From contig CAWHXY010000004.1 of the NCBI GenBank assembly GCA_963833575.1, positions 512,001-576,000 of the forward strand: 64,000 nucleotides of DNA, read 5' to 3'. Below are positions 9,931-19,111 of the stretch, in pieces. The stretch is from Candidatus Bathyarchaeota archaeon. Lineage in GTDB: Archaea; Thermoproteota; Bathyarchaeia; Bathyarchaeales; Bathycorpusculaceae. Under the pieces are notes generated by a model that was given only the letters and a program-made list of their open reading frames with translations, did no database searches and was not told the DNA's origin. Made by a program: the position numbers and the translations under genes. Position 1 is the stretch's first letter, and every line of letters begins with the position of its first letter.

Positions 9931-10293
9931 CTAAAACCACATGGTAGCATTTGCGCTTAGTACTAAGTCGTTTAATGTCGCGGCGCCTACAATTTTCACT
10001 CCCGGAATTAAGGTTACGGTATCCCATCCAAGCATCCGTTTAGACGCTTCACATACGTTGATTTCAATTCCCATTTGAAGAGTTTCTTGAATCATTTCTG
10101 CAACAGTAGGGAAAGATCCTAGCTTTATTTTCTCAGCTGCACCCGGAAGCAATATTCTGAGTCCTTGACCTAGAAAATACACTTTTGGGTTTAAGTCCAT
10201 AGCTTTGGCAGTTTGAGCTAAAACCAAAGGAGAGTATTGTCTTTCAGGATTGTCACTGGTTTGAACATATAAAATAAATTTTTCATCTTTCAC
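9931..10293 (-). CDS. DsrE/DsrF family sulfur relay protein
   Basis: VYFLGQG, INVCEAS conserved Cys, IVGAATL; GTG start. Confidence 0.8.
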   Translation of the reverse strand: MKDEKFILYVQTSDNPERQYSPLVLAQTAKAMDLNPKVYFLGQGLRILLPGAAEKIKLGSFPTVAEMIQETLQMGIEINVCEASKRMLGWDTVTLIPGVKIVGAATLNDLVLSANATMWF

Positions 10294-10368
10294 AAAAATC
10301 GCTCTCTATTTTTCTGCTACAGTATTCATAATGCGTGCTTTGCTTTAAACATAATTATTTTAAGTGAT

Positions 10369-11097
10369 TCATTTGGGATGACCAACTACGGTAAGGTAGA
10401 TTACGCTTTCTTCTGCTCCGTCTAAGCCTAAGGTTGAGTTAATTTCGTCGTCAAAGAAAGCTCCGATTTGGCAGGACCCACAGCTGATACTTACTGTTGC
10501 TAACGCCAGATTCTGGGCAATGTGCCCAGCATCCAAGTAAACATATCTGTATGCTCTTTGTGAGTATTTCCATTTTGACCTGTTAAATATTGCTGTCCAG
10601 ATGAAAACCACAGGTGCAATTGCACATATCGTTTGGTCTAAGGCTGCGTGAGCTATGACGTCACCAAAATTTCCAGTCTTAACTTCTTCAAGCGAATGAT
10701 CTTTTATGTTGTAATGGTAAATGCCATTATCCAATTCTTCGACGTTATTTACAGCAACGTATGTCTCGATGGGGTATAACGCGCCGGCTGAAGGAGCATT
10801 ACGAAACTCGTAGCCATGTTCTATTCTTTGGATACCTGTAGACGCCCAAAGCAGAAAAGACAAATCTAATTTGCTCAATGGTTGAGGTGAGAAGGCGCGA
10901 GTACTTCTGCGTTTTTTTAGAGTATCGGTGAATGTAGTAGTTGTCTCTTTTAACTCGCTTGGCAACTTTACTGTTTTGCAGTGTGGATAGCTCTTGTAAG
11001 TTTCTGGTTTCTTCGACCAATCCAAGTTGCCACCAAAACCTTGGTTTCGAATGTATTTAGTCTCTTTCTGGAAATCGTCTCCAACGGGTGCTCCCAT
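10369..11097 (-). CDS. SagB/ThcOx-type nitroreductase family protein
   Basis: RRSTRAF, APSAGALYP, DAGHIAQN, IGAFFDD. Confidence 0.85.
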   Translation of the reverse strand: MGAPVGDDFQKETKYIRNQGFGGNLDWSKKPETYKSYPHCKTVKLPSELKETTTTFTDTLKKRRSTRAFSPQPLSKLDLSFLLWASTGIQRIEHGYEFRNAPSAGALYPIETYVAVNNVEELDNGIYHYNIKDHSLEEVKTGNFGDVIAHAALDQTICAIAPVVFIWTAIFNRSKWKYSQRAYRYVYLDAGHIAQNLALATVSISCGSCQIGAFFDDEINSTLGLDGAEESVIYLTVVGHPK

Positions 11098-11346
11098 AAT
11101 TTAGCCTCTTTTTGAATTAATCCTATGCTGAGCTGGAACCAGTTTATTCAATACAAATGACGTCAAATAATTCGCCAATTATCTCTGTATGTAAAGTAAT
11201 ATTTAATCGAATTGCTTTCAACGCATTTATTTGATTTTATCTTTGATCGAGCAGTGATCACGAAAGTAAAATACCAAATTTTTCGAGGTTAACACCTTGC
11301 CTTCCTAGTGGAAAGCTGTTATATTCTTTTCTGACACATTGAATTT

Positions 11347-11898
11347 ATGAACCCTATTGAAAAAAATAGCAAAGCCAATTTTATTGTCAGAGACCTCAAG
11401 CCAGAGGACTTTGAAGAAGTCATTGATAACTACTACAGTATTTATGACGAAGTAAAACAAAATCCTTGGGCTGTTGGAATCTTGCTTTTTGAGAAAAAGC
11501 CTTCGCTTAAGGATGAACGCAAATGGTTCAAAGAAGCGCTTGAAAAAACAAGAAAAGGCGATGGATTCGCGCTAGTCGCTGAAGTCAATGGCAAAGTAAT
11601 TGGAATGTGCGAAGTGAGGAACAAGACACCTCAACAAGAGCAGAAGCACATTGGCAATGTCGGAATATACACAAGAGAAGGATACAGGTCGATGGGAATT
11701 GGAAGTGCACTTCTCAGCGAATTGATCAACAGAGCTAAAACAAAATACAAAAGCCTGATTTTGACAGTTTTTATTAGCAATCAACCTGCAAAAAATCTCT
11801 ATAAGAAATTTGGCTTTGTTGAATACGGCATTTTGCCCGAAGGGATATTAAGGAGTGGGAAGTATGCAGATGAAATTTACATGTATCTGAAGCTTTAG
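11347..11898 (+). CDS. GNAT family N-acetyltransferase
   Basis: YRSMGIGSALL acetyl-CoA motif, N..AKNLYKKFGF. Confidence 0.85.
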   Translation: MNPIEKNSKANFIVRDLKPEDFEEVIDNYYSIYDEVKQNPWAVGILLFEKKPSLKDERKWFKEALEKTRKGDGFALVAEVNGKVIGMCEVRNKTPQQEQKHIGNVGIYTREGYRSMGIGSALLSELINRAKTKYKSLILTVFISNQPAKNLYKKFGFVEYGILPEGILRSGKYADEIYMYLKL

Positions 11899-11942
11899 AA
11901 TCGAATATAACAGCTCGAGCAAAAGTGGAGTGTATACTGGTT

Positions 11943-13799
11943 TTAAATAAGGTAGGCTTCCGTGATGTATCTTCGCACTACCCATTGTGTCTGGAAGTAG
12001 TAGGCTATTTTTGCGATTGAGTTCTTCATTAGAGTTATCCAAGCGTCTTTTTGACTGTAAAAAGCTGGAGCGATCAGGTATTCGAGTTTGCTATATAGGT
12101 CTTGGATTTCTGCTTCTCTTCTTTGGCTTTCTGTTAATAGTGTTGTCGGATGAGGACCTATTGCCCAACCGGTAACACCTTCGATGCAACCTTCCATCCA
12201 CCAACCATCCAGTACGCTGAAGTTAATGACGCCATTGTGGGCGGCTTTCATTCCGCTCGTTCCTGAGGCCTCCAGAGGCGGCAAAGGTGTATTGAGCCAG
12301 ACGTCGACGCCTGAGGTGAGTTTGGCTGCGGTATCCATGTTGTAGTTTTCTATATAAACGACGCTGATTTGATCTTTCAGTTTATTTGCGTAATCATGGA
12401 TTTGTTTTATGAGGGATTTGCCGTCTGTGTCTCGTGGGTGTGCTTTCCCAGCAAATATCATTTGGATTTTTGCTTTTCGATTAATGTCCGTTAACCTGTG
12501 AAGGTCAGAGAAGATTAGGGTTGCACGTTTGTAACCTGTGGCTCGTCTAGCAAAACCTATTGTCAAAGCCTGTGGGTCCAATGTTACTCCGCTTGCTTTT
12601 TCCACGAAAGTTAGTAAGTCTGTTTTTGCTTTAGTGTGAGCGTCCCAAACTTCTCTGTTGGGAATTTCACTAGCTTTTGCTAAAAGTATGGGTTCGTTTG
12701 TCCAACCTGGGATGTATTTGTCGAAAAGTTGCCTGAAATGCAGGCTTGTCCAAGTAAAGGAATGCACCCCGTTCGTGACGGCTCGGATGTAGCGACCTGG
12801 AAAAAGTTTTCGGGAATAATCCACATGTGCCAGAGAAACGCCATTTATGTACTTGCTTAAGTTTAGTGCTAGATAGGCCATGTTTAGGTTTTCTGTTCCC
12901 GCGTATAGTTTCATGTCAGCCAGCGGGTAAATGTTGTCTAGAACTTGTTGGACAAGGTCATATGGAAACTGATCAAACGCAGCTTCTACCGGGCTGTGTG
13001 TAGTGAAAACGCAGAGGTTTTTGACTTTCTCTGCGTCCATGCCGTTTTCTTTCAGCAGTTCAAGTGTTAAAAGACTTGAGTGTCCTTCATTCATGTGATA
13101 CTTTCTGATTTTGAAGGGAAGGCTTTTCAGGATTTTAGTGCCGCCTATGCCCAGAACAATTTCTTGTTTCAGTCTGTAGGTTTTGTCTCCACCGTACAAG
13201 AAATCTGTGATTCTTCTGTCTTCGGGAGTGTTACCTTCCACATCTGTGTCTAGAAAGAGTATTGGCACCATTCCGCCCGTGATGCTCTGGTACTCATAGA
13301 GCCAAGCTTGCACTTTAACTAAGCGTCCTTCGATGGTTACTGTGACTGTGCTGGGCATACGAGTCAACGTTTTAGCTGGATCCCATTCTTCAGTTAACTC
13401 AATTTGCTCGCCTTGCTCAGTTATTTTTTGCATGAAGTAGCCTTTTCTACTTACAAGTGTGATGGCAACCATTTGGAGCCGAAGATCTGCACTGGATTTA
13501 ACAATGTCACCAGCCAAGACACCTAAGCCACCACTATAAGTGGGCATTTTGCTGATTACACCTATTTCCATCGAAAAGTAGGCGATTCTGGGGTCTTCAT
13601 GGAAGTGACCCCGGCAGTTCTCGCTGCAAAAACAGTATTTTTTACCACCGAAACTATCAGATGTTACTTCGATGCTTGTTGCCAGGTTCTCTGGATCGAT
13701 TTGGATTCCGCAAACTGGACATCTTAAAGAGACTGGCAAACTGGTACCACTTAGAGAAGAGCCTTCTCCGCCAACTGATATATGTGTATTGCTGTACAT
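11943..13799 (-). CDS. glgP: Alpha-glucan (glycogen/maltodextrin) phosphorylase with N-terminal YHS/TRASH domain
   Basis: YFSMEIG, YSGGLGVLAGD, HMNEGH, EASGTSGMK (PLP Lys); N-terminal CPVCG...YCFCSENC. Confidence 0.9.
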   Translation of the reverse strand: MYSNTHISVGGEGSSLSGTSLPVSLRCPVCGIQIDPENLATSIEVTSDSFGGKKYCFCSENCRGHFHEDPRIAYFSMEIGVISKMPTYSGGLGVLAGDIVKSSADLRLQMVAITLVSRKGYFMQKITEQGEQIELTEEWDPAKTLTRMPSTVTVTIEGRLVKVQAWLYEYQSITGGMVPILFLDTDVEGNTPEDRRITDFLYGGDKTYRLKQEIVLGIGGTKILKSLPFKIRKYHMNEGHSSLLTLELLKENGMDAEKVKNLCVFTTHSPVEAAFDQFPYDLVQQVLDNIYPLADMKLYAGTENLNMAYLALNLSKYINGVSLAHVDYSRKLFPGRYIRAVTNGVHSFTWTSLHFRQLFDKYIPGWTNEPILLAKASEIPNREVWDAHTKAKTDLLTFVEKASGVTLDPQALTIGFARRATGYKRATLIFSDLHRLTDINRKAKIQMIFAGKAHPRDTDGKSLIKQIHDYANKLKDQISVVYIENYNMDTAAKLTSGVDVWLNTPLPPLEASGTSGMKAAHNGVINFSVLDGWWMEGCIEGVTGWAIGPHPTTLLTESQRREAEIQDLYSKLEYLIAPAFYSQKDAWITLMKNSIAKIAYYFQTQWVVRRYITEAYLI

Positions 13800-13883
13800 G
13801 GGCGAACACTCAAAGCCCCGCCTTAAACTAGAATTGTCCCAGATACTTCAAATCAATATTTTTGACAGTAAGTAGGCAAATGT

Positions 13884-14342
13884 TTATCCTATTTTGGATG
13901 TTCCTGGTTGAGTAAATGGTTCAGTCATACCGACGAGAAGTTTGCCGAAAGTGTTAATGTGAGTTTCTTCTTCAGCCAAAATTTCCTCCAACATACGCCT
14001 GGTTGTGTAATCGCCTTCCATTGCCGCAATCTGAATTGCCTGCTTGTAGAGGCTAATAGCTCTTTCTTCATCCTGCTCGTCTTGCTCAAGCATTTCTATA
14101 AGGCTACCCATCACGAAAATAGGATCAGGCTTTGTTGAAGGTACACCGTTGAGATAATCAAGGCGTTCCGCAAGACGTTCAGCATGCTTCATTTCAGCTA
14201 TAGCCGTCTTACGGAAAATATCTTCCACCGTAACACCATCCATTCCTGTGACCTGCACATGTTGCCACATATACTGAATGCTAACTTGAAGTTCACGCGC
14301 AATGGCATTGTTTAAGAATTCTAAAAGTTTTTGAGAAGCCAA
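13884..14342 (-). CDS. Ferritin-like di-iron protein (bacterioferritin-related)
   Basis: E..SIQY, EMKHAE, EERAI..Y, EETH ferroxidase ligands; TTG start. Confidence 0.85.
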   Translation of the reverse strand: MASQKLLEFLNNAIARELQVSIQYMWQHVQVTGMDGVTVEDIFRKTAIAEMKHAERLAERLDYLNGVPSTKPDPIFVMGSLIEMLEQDEQDEERAISLYKQAIQIAAMEGDYTTRRMLEEILAEEETHINTFGKLLVGMTEPFTQPGTSKIG

Positions 14343-14535
14343 AATTAATCCCTATAAAAAAGAGGGTTAGTTGATATATAAATTAAGCTCTAGCTTAAGC
14401 GTCATCTATTTTTCTCGTCCATTTAATTCTTCAAGGCAAATTCAGGAAAATGCTGGAAACAAAATTCTAATATTAACCGAGTGCAATTCATAAATCCAAA
14501 CAGCTTAAATCGAGCTGAAGAATAGCAAAAGATGC

Positions 14536-14610
14536 GGGCCGATCGTCTAGCCTGGTTAGGACGTTGGCTTTACACGCCAAAGGTCGCCGGTTCAACTCCG
14601 GCTCGGCCCA
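14536..14610 (+). tRNA. tRNA-Val (anticodon TAC), intron-less, CCA not encoded
   Basis: Acceptor stem GGGCCGA/TCGGCCC plus discriminator A, anticodon stem TTGGC/GCCAA around TTTACAC, T-arm GGTTCAACTCC. Confidence 0.95.
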
Positions 14611-14660
14611 CTTTAATTTCCCAAAAGCAGCTTGATTTAACGATTTTTGCTTGCTAATTG

Positions 14661-15179
14661 TTAGTGCTGGCTTGTAACTATGTTTGTGTGGAAATTGAAA
14701 TCTGAAATTCCATATATTGATGCATTGACTATTAGGGTTATTTCTGTGGGAATAACTTCGTTTACGTTAAGGACTTGGCCAGAGTAATTCCAATTTAGAG
14801 ATATGTAGTCTGCTGAGGCTGATGGATTCCAATTTGACGTTTCTAACGTTAACATGACTGGGAAACTGCATTCGTTTCTAACATAAGTCGTTAAAGTTTT
14901 GTTCGATCCTGGGTTTATCTGTCCAAATTCAAACGCCAAAGTTGTGTTTGTACATGCTTGGTCCCAGTAAATCCCCACTCCAGTGCCTTTTACATAATCT
15001 GCTCGAACGAAACTTTTGAACGAACCAAAACCTCCCGTAATTGTTGCGAGAACAACTATGGTTAATAGGCATAATGTTGCCGACAAAACTTTGCTGTTGC
15101 ACTTTTTGAATATTTGGAAAGTGGAAATGAACCGACGATTTGTTTGTTTTTTACCCGGCATTTCAGACACTTCGTTCAT
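14661..15179 (-). CDS. Secreted/membrane-anchored hypothetical protein (Ig-like beta domain)
   Basis: Basic then hydrophobic N-terminus, beta-rich body with N-glycosylation sequons. Confidence 0.6.
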   Translation of the reverse strand: MNEVSEMPGKKQTNRRFISTFQIFKKCNSKVLSATLCLLTIVVLATITGGFGSFKSFVRADYVKGTGVGIYWDQACTNTTLAFEFGQINPGSNKTLTTYVRNECSFPVMLTLETSNWNPSASADYISLNWNYSGQVLNVNEVIPTEITLIVNASIYGISDFNFHTNIVTSQH

Positions 15180-15377
15180 TATTCATTAATATACAATATA
15201 TTGAGTCTTGAGATAAATAATGATGTGATTGTGATGACACAACTACAACCACATTCCGAAAAGTCAAAACTTGAATTACCGCGTTCAAATTTTTGATTGA
15301 AGAAACGATCAAACAATAATTTCAAATGTTTACAATATGTCCACATTAATAGCGAAATAAAAAAAGAAAATTAGGTG

Positions 15378-16655
15378 TTAGCGTCGTCTTCTGATCACAA
15401 CAACAGCCACAGCGATTACCACAACTAACACGGCTATGATAATCACATAAACATAGACAGGTAAGGCATTTCCGCTTGAAGTACCAGTTGAGCTAGCGTT
15501 TTGACCGATTGCATAAACGTTACCATCGTAAGAGCCAAAGTAAGCAACCCCGTTAGCGACTGCAGGTGACGAATAAGTGTTACCTCCCGTTTGGAAACTC
15601 CACATAAACGCGCCTGTTTGAGAATTAAGAGCATATGTTGCATTACCTAAAGCAGTAGTAACATAAACTGCATTGCTTGCCACTGCTGGAGCCATCTCTA
15701 CACCTGCATTAGTCGTGTAGGTCCACTTTGATGCACCAGTTGCAGCATCTAAAGCATGAACGTTATAGTCGAAAGCACCACCAGTGTAAATTACACCGTT
15801 TGCAAAAGCTGGGGAAGACTGAATGCATTGGTCGTAACCGACCAAAACCTTCCAGACTAATGTGCCAGTGTTAGCGTTTAATGCGTAAGTTTGGTTGTCA
15901 AAGCTGCCAAAGTATACGTTACCATCAGCAACAACTGGTGAGGATTCTACAACACCACCTGTCGTGAAATTCCACTTTTCAGCCCCTGTTAAAGCATTAA
16001 GTGCATAAAGCGTGTGATCATACGAACCAAAGTAAACTATCCCGTTTGATACAGCTGCAGAAGAGATAACAATGCCGCCAGTAGTAAAATTCCACATCGG
16101 CATTCCACTGATAGCATCTAACGCATAAAGGTGATTGTCGCTTGAACCAACGTAAACCATGTTTCCTGAAACTGTTGGATTAGACTGAACGTCACCGCCT
16201 GTAGTGCATTTCCAAACTTGAGCGCCGGTGGTGGCGTTTAATGCGTAGATATTGTGGTCATCAGATCCTATGTAAACTAAACCGTTTGCTACTGCGGGGG
16301 AACTAAATATTTCGACAGAACTGGGTACACTCCAGATTTTTGCCCCTGTTGTGGCATTTATCGCATAAATGTTATTGTTAGATGAGAATTCGTGGTTTGA
16401 AAGACCGGGGCTTGAAGCGATGTAGACGATTCCATTGGCGACAGCAGGAGAAGACCAGATTTCGCCGCTTGTTTGGAAGACCCAAAGAGTCTGATTGGTG
16501 GTTGGTCCTGATCCAGTTGAGTAACCTGTGTGTGCTGCATCATTATGGAACATTGGCCATGAGCTTTCTTGCTGAGCATCAGTTGTTACTGCAAAAAATG
16601 AAACGAGTGAGAGACATAAAACAGCCAAAATAAATATGCCATAAAATCTTTTCAT
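15378..16655 (-). CDS. Cell-surface PQQ-like beta-propeller repeat protein
   Basis: Signal peptide, about eight SSPAV.NG.VY.GS.D..YAL.A.TG...W repeats, C-terminal TM followed by RRRR. Confidence 0.9.
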   Translation of the reverse strand: MKRFYGIFILAVLCLSLVSFFAVTTDAQQESSWPMFHNDAAHTGYSTGSGPTTNQTLWVFQTSGEIWSSPAVANGIVYIASSPGLSNHEFSSNNNIYAINATTGAKIWSVPSSVEIFSSPAVANGLVYIGSDDHNIYALNATTGAQVWKCTTGGDVQSNPTVSGNMVYVGSSDNHLYALDAISGMPMWNFTTGGIVISSAAVSNGIVYFGSYDHTLYALNALTGAEKWNFTTGGVVESSPVVADGNVYFGSFDNQTYALNANTGTLVWKVLVGYDQCIQSSPAFANGVIYTGGAFDYNVHALDAATGASKWTYTTNAGVEMAPAVASNAVYVTTALGNATYALNSQTGAFMWSFQTGGNTYSSPAVANGVAYFGSYDGNVYAIGQNASSTGTSSGNALPVYVYVIIIAVLVVVIAVAVVVIRRRR

Positions 16656-16837
16656 AATTATCTAACCTATTCTATTCTAATAGTATCTTATAAGTCATTT
16701 ACTACGAATATCTGTTGCCCCTAAAATGTTAGGGTTTTCAAGATTGAAACTAAATCCCAAAACAAAACACTATCCAAAGAAACTATGAGAAAGTTTAAGA
16801 AAACCGCGAGTTTTCTATCTCTGGTTGACTTGGAAAG

Positions 16838-17248
16838 ATGAAAAAGAAAGTGTTCATAGCTGGCCCCATCCTAGGCAGGGAAACCAATCAAGGCTACCGC
16901 CAAGAAATCACCGACATTCTCCTACGACAAGGGTTGGATGTAATTGATCCCTGGAAGCGAGAAAAAGTCCTCTATAACGGAGATGAGAGATGTTGGTGGG
17001 ACAAAGTCCCTACATTTGACTTTATCCAAAGGGACCTGGATGATGCTAAATTATGCGATGTAATGGTTGTTTATTTGCCTATTTTGTCGGCTGGAGCATG
17101 CATGGAATTATTTTATGCTAAGCGTAAAGGCAAGAAAATTATCGTAGTATCGGAAATCGAATGTTTAAGTCCATGGATCGTTGCACATTCTGACATAGTT
17201 CTGAAGGATTTTTCCCAACTTGAAGACGCACTGAAAAAAGTTTGTTGA
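16838..17248 (+). CDS. Nucleoside 2-deoxyribosyltransferase-like protein
   Basis: VFIAGPI, RDLDD...CD, SAGACMELFYA motifs. Confidence 0.75.
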   Translation: MKKKVFIAGPILGRETNQGYRQEITDILLRQGLDVIDPWKREKVLYNGDERCWWDKVPTFDFIQRDLDDAKLCDVMVVYLPILSAGACMELFYAKRKGKKIIVVSEIECLSPWIVAHSDIVLKDFSQLEDALKKVC

Positions 17249-17384
17249 CAAAATAGTATTGAATAGGGGGTAATTCTCAGTCATAAGCAATCTATTGGTG
17301 GGTAGGTGCAGTCACATAATTTTAATAATTATTACCGTTAATAGCTATTGTTTTAGAGTTCGGTTTTGATTGGAGGTGATTGTT

Positions 17385-17537
17385 TTGTACGAAGAGCGTT
17401 CAAAAAAAGATAACATTACTGTTCCTAAGCCTGAAATGACTAAAGACAAGAAGTACAAGTGTCCTCTAGATCAGGCGGTATATGATAACAAAGAGGATTA
17501 TGAGGCGCATTGCAAAGAAGAACATGATGTACTCTAG
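17385..17537 (+). CDS. 50-aa C2H2-like zinc-finger microprotein (C-x2-D...H-x4-H)
   Basis: Manual translation MYEERSKKDNITVPKPEMTKDKKYKCPLDQAVYDNKEDYEAHCKEEHDVL; strong GGAGGTGA RBS before TTG; below the ORF-track cutoff. Confidence 0.7.
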   Translation: MYEERSKKDNITVPKPEMTKDKKYKCPLDQAVYDNKEDYEAHCKEEHDVL

Positions 17538-17566
17538 ATTACAATGAAAAAGTAAACGCTATAGTT

Positions 17567-17740
17567 TTATCTTATAGCTTCATCTATTTTTTGGTCACGC
17601 TTGGTTCTGGTGACTTCTTTGAAAAGCTCCAAGCACTCTTCTTTTGTCGGTGCTTCAATGCCTATACTGCCATAAGCGCCTATGTCTATCCTGTATTTCC
17701 TATCGCGCCTATCGCGATCATCAACTGGTTGTTCCGTAAA
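17567..17740 (-). CDS. Putative small protein lacking a canonical start codon
   Basis: Open frame TEQPVDDRDRRDRKYRIDIGAYGSIGIEAPTKEECLELFKEVTRTKRDQKIDEAIR* preceded by GAGGGGGAG; no in-frame ATG/GTG/TTG upstream of this sequence. Confidence 0.35.
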   Translation of the reverse strand, partial: FTEQPVDDRDRRDRKYRIDIGAYGSIGIEAPTKEECLELFKEVTRTKRDQKIDEAIR

Positions 17741-17804
17741 CTTCTCCCCCTCTCTTATTATCTCTATTCGGATAATGATTATGGTATCTAATAATGTACA
17801 ATAT

Positions 17805-18584
17805 TTATAAGGTTAATGACAACTTACCGATGCCATTTACCTGTTTTTTAGGGTTAAAAACGATAAATCTCGAATTCCGCATGTACCTGCCAACCATAGA
17901 AACCAAACCTGCAGCGTCAGTTCCAAGTTTACAGGTTAAAGCATGCTCAAACATACCTAACGCTTCAACGCCAATAATGTCCCTGTTTAACCTGGTTCGT
18001 TCCAGCACTATCTCAATCTCGCCAATTGACGCCCCCAAAATAATTAACCTATCCAAAAGCAATTGCCGCCATAAATTGATTTTTTCAACTTGCTCAGGCG
18101 ACAATTCAGCTTGCAACACGAACTCTTCCGAATCATTTACCTGAACCACCTTGATGATTAGAGGAAGATTTTCGTTAAAACCATAGATCTCAACAATTTT
18201 TTGCAAAGTAACTTTTTGGCCATCGGCAAGTTGGGCTTGCAAACATGCCAAAGGTATGGTTGCTTGAATTATTTTTGGTTCAAAAACTCCAATGTCAACT
18301 ATTAATGCTTGGTTAGTTGTGTCAACTTTGGAGATGTAACCTTTTAGAATAGAAAAATTGTTTATTTTTTTTATGCTTATGGGGCAGGTGCCTATTTTCT
18401 TGTTGATGTAGCTTGTAGCTATAACCTCGTCTTCCCCTGAAATCGAAATACGCACCCACTTGTGGGGTGAATCCAATACTTTTACGTCAACGTCTAAGTT
18501 CTCAAACTCTGATTTTAAAAGGTCATCTATTTGTTTTAGTTGCCGTAAACTAGAAGTTTTGATAAGCAAGGTTAAATCTGTCAT
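17805..18584 (-). CDS. DUF2110 family archaeal protein
   Basis: Sequence style (GEDE..A..Y, VDIG, LG.FEHAL.CK.GTDA.GL) and conserved position after tfe and the HD gene. Confidence 0.7.
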   Translation of the reverse strand: MTDLTLLIKTSSLRQLKQIDDLLKSEFENLDVDVKVLDSPHKWVRISISGEDEVIATSYINKKIGTCPISIKKINNFSILKGYISKVDTTNQALIVDIGVFEPKIIQATIPLACLQAQLADGQKVTLQKIVEIYGFNENLPLIIKVVQVNDSEEFVLQAELSPEQVEKINLWRQLLLDRLIILGASIGEIEIVLERTRLNRDIIGVEALGMFEHALTCKLGTDAAGLVSMVGRYMRNSRFIVFNPKKQVNGIGKLSLTL

Positions 18585-19111
18585 TTTGGCTTGTCCATCA
18601 AGGTTACTATTTCTTCATGAAGCTTTCTAACTCTTTCTGCTGCCTCAGCCTTATTATCCATTTGAAGCCGCCTAATTTCTAAGTCAATTGGAACGCGTTT
18701 TGACTTGTCAATTAGTTTATCTGCGTATGAAACAATTTTCTCCTCCAACGTAAGAGGCACATAAACGTCTTTTGGCCAACCAAACGCTTCGGCTTCTTGA
18801 GCTGTAATTCCACCGCCTACATGCCTCCTAATTATCTTAACCACTGGCTCAGGCAACCCGGCTGATTCAGCTAACTTAGCACCGACAACCCCATGATCAA
18901 CCCCGTGTGTTCTTGAGCGACCAAGGTCATGTAAAAGGGCACCAGCTTCAACCAGTTCGCGGTTTATTTTCAGGTTTTCTTTTTCCAGTTTGTCTGTGAT
19001 TTCTAAGGCCAATTCAGCAACTGCTTCAGCGTGACGAATAACGTTTGGCGAACAATGGTTTTCGCGGAGAAGTCCGATTGCTTGCTCCCTTGAAGGAAGC
19101 TTATTACTCAC
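18581..19111 (-). CDS. HD-domain phosphohydrolase (TIGR00295-like)
   Basis: H...LLHDLGR, HGVVG, RHVGGG, EEKIVSYADKL. Confidence 0.85.
   Translation of the reverse strand: MSNKLPSREQAIGLLRENHCSPNVIRHAEAVAELALEITDKLEKENLKINRELVEAGALLHDLGRSRTHGVDHGVVGAKLAESAGLPEPVVKIIRRHVGGGITAQEAEAFGWPKDVYVPLTLEEKIVSYADKLIDKSKRVPIDLEIRRLQMDNKAEAAERVRKLHEEIVTLMDKPK

Noticed and set aside
10369-11097. SagB-type dehydrogenase as a marker of a thiazole/oxazole RiPP cluster
   Set aside because: No YcaO cyclodehydratase or precursor peptide nearby; stand-alone SagB-like nitroreductases are common in archaea
14580-14610. tRNA 3' end as the att site of an integrated element
   Set aside because: No duplicate of the tRNA end, integrase or transposase was seen in the window
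15378-16655. Periodic repeats that might be a CRISPR array or tandem DNA repeat
   Set aside because: They are degenerate protein-level beta-propeller blades within one ORF
17591-18144. Plus-strand ORFs of 66 and 116 aa
   Set aside because: Antisense to DUF2110 and to a more protein-like minus-strand frame; the same reasoning applies to the other short antisense ORFs in the track
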